This document shows positions 58,549 to 64,000 of a stretch of DNA of 64,000 nucleotides, piece by piece (position 1 is the stretch's first letter; every line of letters starts with the position of its first letter). The notes beneath the pieces were generated by a model, which saw only the letters and a program-made list of their open reading frames with translations, had not been told where the DNA came from and searched no databases. The translations under genes and the position numbers were made by a program. The DNA lies in the NCBI RefSeq assembly GCF_013149785.1, contig NZ_JABEZU010000001.1, forward strand, positions 124,001-188,000. Reading direction: 5' to 3'. This stretch comes from Isoptericola halotolerans (GTDB lineage Bacteria > Actinomycetota > Actinomycetes > Actinomycetales > Cellulomonadaceae).

Positions 58549-59786
58549 GCGTCGACCACCTGGTGGCCGCTGTGCTGCTGGAACGCCTCGACGAGGCGGT
58601 CCGGGTCCGCGACCTGGTCGAGCCGGATCACCACGGGTGACCCGTGCCGCTCGTGCTGCTCCCGCGCCGCGGCCTCGGCGTCGCCGGAGTACATCCGGCG
58701 CACCGAGGTCGTCGCCCGTGCGGCGACCTCGCGCGGGTCGCGCAGCCGGACCACGAGGAGCCGGGCACCGTCCTGCTGGTCGAGGCGCAGCCCCAGGACC
58801 TCGGCCCAGCGCACCCGGCCGACGTCGACGGCGGAGGTGCGTTCCCGGAACCCGGACGCGTCGACCACCGCGGCCGGGCCAGGCCCCAGCCGGTGGTGCG
58901 GCATGGCCTCCCGTCCGTGGGTCAGCCATCCCACGCCGACGACCAGCAGGCACAGGAACGCGACCAACCAGTCTCCTGTGACGCTGCCCGTCACGAGGCT
59001 GTCGAGGTCGGCGATCACGGCGGTCAGCAGGACGGCCAGCACGAGGGAAGCCGCGACCGGCAGCGTCCACCCGACGACGGCGAGCGCCGTCCGCCGGACC
59101 GTGTGGTGCCACGGTCGGGCGGCGTGCAGGGTCTCGCCCGCACCACTGTCCGCCGTGGTCGCGCGGACCCCGAACCGGCCGAACGCCTCGACGAGCTCCT
59201 CTGCCGAGACCGCGAGGCGGGTCAGGTCGAGGAGCAGCGGCGTGCCGTGCTGCGCGATGCGGGAACGGGCCTCGGCCGCTTCGCGCTCGCCGCGCTGCGG
59301 GACGACCAGCCGCTGCGGGTCCTTGACGTGCACGGCCAGCCGCGGGCCGTCGTCGTGCACGACCTGGACCGAGGTGATCTGCTTCCAGCGCACCAGCTCG
59401 GTCTTGCCCCCGGGGCCGGGCCGGTGGTGGAGGCCGGTGCGGTCCAGCACGAGCGGGGTGTCGCGGGCGACGGCGCGCAGCAGGAGTCTGCGGACCACCA
59501 GCACGACGGCGCCGAGCACGAGCACGAGGGGGCCGGCCGCGAGCGCGAGGGTCAACGCCCACACCTCGTAGCGCCAGTAGGTGAAGGGCGTGCTGGTGCT
59601 GGCCGCGTAGTCGGCCCAGTCGCCTCGCAGGCCCCACGACCAGGTCGCGACGCTCGTCGCGACGACGAGGAGCGCGGGCAGCAGGAACGTCGGGACCACC
59701 CAGGGGGCGAGCGAGCGGCCCGCAGCTCGGCCGGTACGCCAGCCCACCGTGATCGCTTCGTCGTCGGACGTCGTCGGTGCACTCAT
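58479..59786 (-). CDS. Membrane protein with two repeated TM+PH-like modules
   Basis: Repeated LD.(T/S)G....VRW..(I/V)....L.V...DP.........HG(T/S)P...L..(L/V)A. Confidence 0.65.
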   Translation of the reverse strand: MSAPTTSDDEAITVGWRTGRAAGRSLAPWVVPTFLLPALLVVATSVATWSWGLRGDWADYAASTSTPFTYWRYEVWALTLALAAGPLVLVLGAVVLVVRRLLLRAVARDTPLVLDRTGLHHRPGPGGKTELVRWKQITSVQVVHDDGPRLAVHVKDPQRLVVPQRGEREAAEARSRIAQHGTPLLLDLTRLAVSAEELVEAFGRFGVRATTADSGAGETLHAARPWHHTVRRTALAVVGWTLPVAASLVLAVLLTAVIADLDSLVTGSVTGDWLVAFLCLLVVGVGWLTHGREAMPHHRLGPGPAAVVDASGFRERTSAVDVGRVRWAEVLGLRLDQQDGARLLVVRLRDPREVAARATTSVRRMYSGDAEAAAREQHERHGSPVVIRLDQVADPDRLVEAFQQHSGHQVVDAYSSRSAKASSASRTNAAPSPPP

Positions 59787-59848
59787 CCCCCCATCATCGC
59801 CGCCCGGCCGCGGACGGCGGGCGGTGCGCGGCGTGTGAGACTGGCCGG

Positions 59849-60274
59849 GTGAGCGAGAACTGGGCCCAGCAGCGCACCGAGGCGGCTCGGGAGCACGCCG
59901 CTCGGCTGGCCGCCCGGCAGGACGCCGAGCACCGTCGCGCCGAGGCGATGCTCGCCGACTTCGTCCGGGCCGCGCGGACCGCCGGTCTCGAGCCCGAGCC
60001 GCTCCAGGTCAAGGGGTACGGCGGCCGGGGGACGGCCCGCACGTCGCTGCGCGGCTGGTACCTCCGGACCGACCGGACGGCAGCGGTGTCGACGGACGGT
60101 GACTTCTACGTGCTCACCGCTCCGCTGAGCCTGCTCGACCGGCTGCGTGGCGTGCGCCCGGAGCCGAAACGGCCCCCGCTCGTGCTCGGCGCGGGGGGCA
60201 AGGACGGGGACTCCATCGACCTCGACGTCGCCCTGGGGCGGTTGATGCCCGGGTGGGACGGGTCGCCCCGGTAG
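59849..60274 (+). CDS. Conserved hypothetical protein
   Basis: GWYLR.D, DG.FY.L and PPLVLG.GGKDGDSIDL; GAGACT -10 six nt before GTG. Confidence 0.7.
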   Translation: MSENWAQQRTEAAREHAARLAARQDAEHRRAEAMLADFVRAARTAGLEPEPLQVKGYGGRGTARTSLRGWYLRTDRTAAVSTDGDFYVLTAPLSLLDRLRGVRPEPKRPPLVLGAGGKDGDSIDLDVALGRLMPGWDGSPR

Positions 60275-60284
60275 CACCAGGGCC

Positions 60285-60395
60285 TCACGCGAACGGCACC
60301 ACGACGGTGACGGTGAGGATGCCGGGAAGGATCAGCAGGACCAGCAGGGGGAGCTGCATGAGTCCGGCGAGCAGGACGCGCGACGACGCCGTCAC
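60285..60395 (-). CDS. Putative 36-aa hydrophobic small protein
   Basis: GTG overlaps the upstream TGA (GTGA); single hydrophobic helix. Confidence 0.35.
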   Translation of the reverse strand: MTASSRVLLAGLMQLPLLVLLILPGILTVTVVVPFA

Positions 60396-61375
60396 GGCGG
60401 TACGGGCGGTCCTTCGTCGCACGTCAGTGCGGGGCCGCCCCAGGCGTCGGCCACCACGGCGCCGAGCCCGGGCGTCGCCAGGTACCCGGTCCAGGTGCCG
60501 TCGACACCCTGGACCGCTGCGGCGTGACGCCACGGTGCGGGGTTCTCGACGTGCACGGCCCGCACCTGCCGCTCCCCGGGCAGCGGGAAGGTCGTGGGCG
60601 TCAGGTCGTGCAGCGCGAGGAGGTCCCGCGGGTCGCGCACGTCCACCCACCCTGCGGCGGCGGGCCAGGTGAGCGGGACCGCCAGCATCTCGCGCACGGC
60701 GCGCAGCGCCAGCGGGGACCCCACCGTGCACAGCAGCGGGACCTGCCACCGCTCGTCCGCGGAGCGCAGCACCTCGTAGGCGACGACCGCGCCGAGCGAG
60801 TGTGCGACGACGACGGCGGGCTCGTCGGTCGGGAGCGCCGCGGCCACGCCCTCGTCGATCGCCGCCCGCACCGCGGGCACGTGCAGGTAGGCGTGGACGT
60901 CGCGGGCGAGCAGCAGCACGACGGCGCCGCTGAGGCCGGGCACGAACCGGTCGACCGCGGCCAGCGCCGCGGCCAGGGCGCGGACGAGCGCGTCGGTCAG
61001 GTCCGAGGGGACGACGTCCGTCCGCTCCTCGGTGGAGGGGGCGGTGGCGGCGGTGGCGTCGGGCGGCACCCCGGCTCCGGCGAGCACCTCCCGCGCGAGC
61101 CGCAGGGCGAGGCCGAGCGCGCCGTCGGGCACGTCGGTGAGACGGTACCTCTCCACGGGCGGCGGCCCCGGCTCGTCGACGACCCCGTCGACGCCGCCGA
61201 CCAGGGCGCCGAGGGTGTCGGCGTAGAAGACGAGGGTGGCGTCGTCGCCGGTCACCCGCACCGGTGAGCCGGCCGCACGGAACCCCTGGTCGAGGGCGGC
61301 CAGCCAGGCGGACTTGAGGGACGCGGCGTCCTGGCCCGCGGTGTCGCGGCCGTGCAGGAGCACCAGGCGGGTCAC
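60392..61375 (-). CDS. Alpha/beta hydrolase-fold protein
   Basis: LVLLHGR, RDV..YL, VVAHSLG, TVGSPL and D.RD; GTGA overlap with the oxidase gene. Confidence 0.8.
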   Translation of the reverse strand: MTRLVLLHGRDTAGQDAASLKSAWLAALDQGFRAAGSPVRVTGDDATLVFYADTLGALVGGVDGVVDEPGPPPVERYRLTDVPDGALGLALRLAREVLAGAGVPPDATAATAPSTEERTDVVPSDLTDALVRALAAALAAVDRFVPGLSGAVVLLLARDVHAYLHVPAVRAAIDEGVAAALPTDEPAVVVAHSLGAVVAYEVLRSADERWQVPLLCTVGSPLALRAVREMLAVPLTWPAAAGWVDVRDPRDLLALHDLTPTTFPLPGERQVRAVHVENPAPWRHAAAVQGVDGTWTGYLATPGLGAVVADAWGGPALTCDEGPPVPP

Positions 61376-62283
61376 GAGGCCACCAGTCCGGCCACCTCGT
61401 CGGCGCACCCCCAGCTCAGGGTCACGCCGGCGCCGCCGTGGCCGTAGCAGTGCACCACGTGCCCCTCCCGTCCGACCCGCACCGTCGGCCGCGCCGGACG
61501 CAGCCCGACGGCGTGTCGCAGCACGCGTGCGTCCCGCACCGCGGGCACGAGCCGGGCGGCGCGCTCCAGGATGTCCGCGGCCGTGGCCGGCGACGCGTCG
61601 CGTCCCCACGCGCCGTCGTCGTCCGTGCCGCCCACCACCACCTCGCCCCGGCGGGGGACCACGTACGTCGGGCCGCTGGCGTCCAGCCACCAGCGGTCCA
61701 GGCCCCACTGCTCCAGCACGACGACCTGGCCGCGCACGGGACGCACGGTGTCGTCGCCGATCAGCTCCCGGGCGCCGAGGCCGGTGGTGTTGACGACGGT
61801 CCCGCCGTCGGGCAGGGCGTCGAGCGTGGCCACCGTGCGCCGCGTGAGGGTGCCGCCCAGCGCCGCCACCCGGTCGGCGAGCCAGCCGAGGTAGTGGGGC
61901 ATGTCGACCACCGGTGCGGTGAAGGTCCAGCCCGCGGTGTACGACGGCGACACGTCGGCCGTGCGTGCCAGGTGCGGCACCGCGTCGCGCCACCACGGGT
62001 CGGGCGGGTTCTCGGCGAAGACCTCGGTGCCGGGCCGCATCCGCACGCCCGACTCGGGCCGCGACGCGGCGAGGCCGGCGAAGGCCTCGAAGGACCGGGC
62101 CGACCACGCGGTGACCCGGTCCTGGGGGAGGGCGAGGTACGGGTACCAGAGGGCCGCGGCGACCGTCGACGTGGTCTCCTGCGGCAGGTCCCGGGCGAGG
62201 ACCTCGACGCGGTGCCCGGCCTCCAGCAGCCGGAGCGCGCACGTCAGACCCATCACACCGGCACCGACGACGATCACGTCCAC
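61372..62283 (-). CDS. D-amino acid oxidase (FAD-dependent)
   Basis: VVGAGVMGL, TTS.VAAA.W, VN.TGLGA, PVRGQ, GLRP.R and HCYGHGGAGVTLSWGCA; start 62283 (leaderless) or 62319. Confidence 0.9.
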   Translation of the reverse strand: MDVIVVGAGVMGLTCALRLLEAGHRVEVLARDLPQETTSTVAAALWYPYLALPQDRVTAWSARSFEAFAGLAASRPESGVRMRPGTEVFAENPPDPWWRDAVPHLARTADVSPSYTAGWTFTAPVVDMPHYLGWLADRVAALGGTLTRRTVATLDALPDGGTVVNTTGLGARELIGDDTVRPVRGQVVVLEQWGLDRWWLDASGPTYVVPRRGEVVVGGTDDDGAWGRDASPATAADILERAARLVPAVRDARVLRHAVGLRPARPTVRVGREGHVVHCYGHGGAGVTLSWGCADEVAGLVAS

Positions 62284-62315
62284 GTCCCGGATTCTGGCAC
62301 GGTCGGCGACAGCGA

Positions 62316-64000
62316 TCACCGTCTCGGCTCTGCCACGAAGCGCGCCGTGGCCTCCGAGGAGGCGAACCCTCCGTCCGGCTCGTAGGTCGCGGTCACCACG
62401 TGCTCGCCGGTGCGCGTGACCGGCCGCAGGCGCACCTCTGCCTGGCCGTCGCGCAGGTCCACCGTGCGGGTCTGCGGGCGATGGTCCTTCTCGTGCACGA
62501 CCGTGATGGTCACCGAGCCGCTCGGCTCCGCGTCGGAGGCCTTGACCGTCACACGCACCTCCGGCCGCTCCCCACGCTTGACGGTCTTCGGCACGGTGAC
62601 GTGCGTCGAGGTCTCGACGAGCGAGCCCGCGGCCACGAGCGCCGCGATCGGCGTGCGGTGCACCCCGCCCTGGTCCGTCCCCGCGTACAGCCATCGCCCG
62701 TCGGCGGCCAGGGAGCGCACCGACATCGCGGAGAGACCGGCCGAGGCCGGGGCCCAGGTGGCTCCTTCGTCGAGGGAGACGAACACGCCTGCGCCGTTCG
62801 CGGCGAGGCCGTGCGGGCGCCAGCCGCCGGCACCGGCGACGAGCAGCTCCGTCCCCGCCGCGGGACCGTCCGGCACGGTGGCGGCCTCGATCGACGTGAC
62901 GGCGGCTGCCTCGAGGCCCTCGCCCTCCGTGAACGACTTCCCGCCGTCCGTGCTGACGCGGGCGCCGGGCTGCTCTCCCACGACGACGTGACGCCCCTCT
63001 GGACCGACCCGCACCGAGAGCGCGTAGTCCTCGGTCAGTCGCGTGATCGTCCTCCCGAGGTCGTCGGAGCGGTAGAGCCCCGACGACGTCGCCAGCCACA
63101 GGCGATCCTTCCGCACCGGGTCCACGGCGATGTCCTGGATGCGCACCTCGTGCGCGTAGCTCGTCCAGGTGGTGAAGCCGTCGGTCGACACCATGAGGCC
63201 GGTGTCGACCTGGGAGGTGTACCCGACGGCGACCGTGCGCTCGGCATGCGGGCTGAGTGCCAGTGCTGTCGGCGCCCAGCCGCCGGTCGGGCCGATCTCG
63301 CGCAGCCCGGCATCGCCCTCGTCGGCACCTCCGACGACGAGGCGCGCCTGCCCCTGCGCCGTCGAACCGGCCGCCCACACGTCCCGGTCGCCGAGCGGCG
63401 ACTGGGCCACCTCGGTGAGTCCGCGTCCGATGATCCCCTCCGCGCCGATGGAGCCCCAGTCGTGGTCGCCGGGATCGATCTCGGCGAGGGAGCGCTCGTG
63501 CAGCCCTTCGGCATCCACGACGCGCAGCAACGGCTCCCCCTCGGCGTCGACGCCGACATCGACACCGTGGACGTCGGTCCCGGAGACCCCGATCTTCGTC
63601 CACTCGTCCCCGTCCGTGGTCGCGTAGAACCCGGCCTGCTCCATCGCCATCACGATCTCGCCCGAGGGGCGCCCCGGCCAGTGGTCGACGTCGACGGGGA
63701 GGGGGCCGAGGACTGGTAGGTCGTGCGTCCGCCACGTCGAGCCGTTGTCGTCGGAGGTGCTGTAGGACGACAGGCCGGCGATGTAGACCGTGCCGTCGGC
63801 GATCTCCATGGCGGTGGTGTGGCCCTGACCGACGTCTCCGCTCTCGGCCCAGGTCAGGCCGCCGTCGGTCGAAGCCAGGACGATGCCGTCGCCGCGGACC
63901 ATCATGGCGGAGGAACCGTCGGCGACGAGTCCTGCCGGGTACTCGTTCCACAGCTCCGGTGCGTAGGTCTGGACGACCTCGCGCCCCCCTGAGCGTGCAT
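62316..64000 (-). CDS. Partial (5'-truncated by window) BNR/Asp-box beta-propeller protein with a C-terminal Ig-like domain
   Basis: Repeated S.D.G.TW Asp-boxes (STDGGLTW, SDDNGSTW, STDGFTTW, SLDEGATW); C-terminal PSGSVTI...G.A...ATY. Confidence 0.8.
   Translation of the reverse strand, partial: ARSGGREVVQTYAPELWNEYPAGLVADGSSAMMVRGDGIVLASTDGGLTWAESGDVGQGHTTAMEIADGTVYIAGLSSYSTSDDNGSTWRTHDLPVLGPLPVDVDHWPGRPSGEIVMAMEQAGFYATTDGDEWTKIGVSGTDVHGVDVGVDAEGEPLLRVVDAEGLHERSLAEIDPGDHDWGSIGAEGIIGRGLTEVAQSPLGDRDVWAAGSTAQGQARLVVGGADEGDAGLREIGPTGGWAPTALALSPHAERTVAVGYTSQVDTGLMVSTDGFTTWTSYAHEVRIQDIAVDPVRKDRLWLATSSGLYRSDDLGRTITRLTEDYALSVRVGPEGRHVVVGEQPGARVSTDGGKSFTEGEGLEAAAVTSIEAATVPDGPAAGTELLVAGAGGWRPHGLAANGAGVFVSLDEGATWAPASAGLSAMSVRSLAADGRWLYAGTDQGGVHRTPIAALVAAGSLVETSTHVTVPKTVKRGERPEVRVTVKASDAEPSGSVTITVVHEKDHRPQTRTVDLRDGQAEVRLRPVTRTGEHVVTATYEPDGGFASSEATARFVAEPRR

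Noticed and set aside
61372..63951. 859-aa ORF suggesting a large N-terminal fusion to the D-amino-acid oxidase
   Set aside because: The N-terminal part is an off-frame reading of the Asp-box propeller gene; the oxidase begins at 62283/62319.

Overview
Very GC-rich actinobacterial chromosomal DNA. Gene content, leaderless promoters and codon style suggest a Micrococcales-type organism (inference). About 55 CDS are supported. I recognised no rRNA, tRNA, CRISPR array, transposase, integrase or phage structural gene. The main blocks are: (1) a ROK-regulated secreted sugar-oxidation pair; (2) convergent GH127-like and GH43/CBM13 arabinan genes sharing a LacI-type operator; (3) a co-oriented merR-prfC(RF3)-MFS-sulP-rnj cluster with a shared MerR-type operator and a structured sulP leader; (4) a two-component system with a TAXI receptor, followed by a GalE paralog lacking its catalytic YxxxK motif; (5) a LacI-controlled ABC/GH42 galactoside operon; (6) a gamma-butyrolactone-like cassette (degenerate AfsA/ScbA-like gene, ScbR-like TetR, ECF sigma) with two related palindromes; (7) ACC deaminase; (8) a WXG100/type VII-substrate-like trio; (9) gadB and ribokinase; (10) a TipA-like MerR regulator with a 19-bp-spacer promoter and an internal RBS; (11) a D-amino-acid oxidase operon. 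The best candidates for under-described systems are the MerR-RF3-SulP-RNase J regulon and the butyrolactone-like AfsA/ScbR/ECF cassette. All family calls come from motif recognition by eye; no database searches were run.
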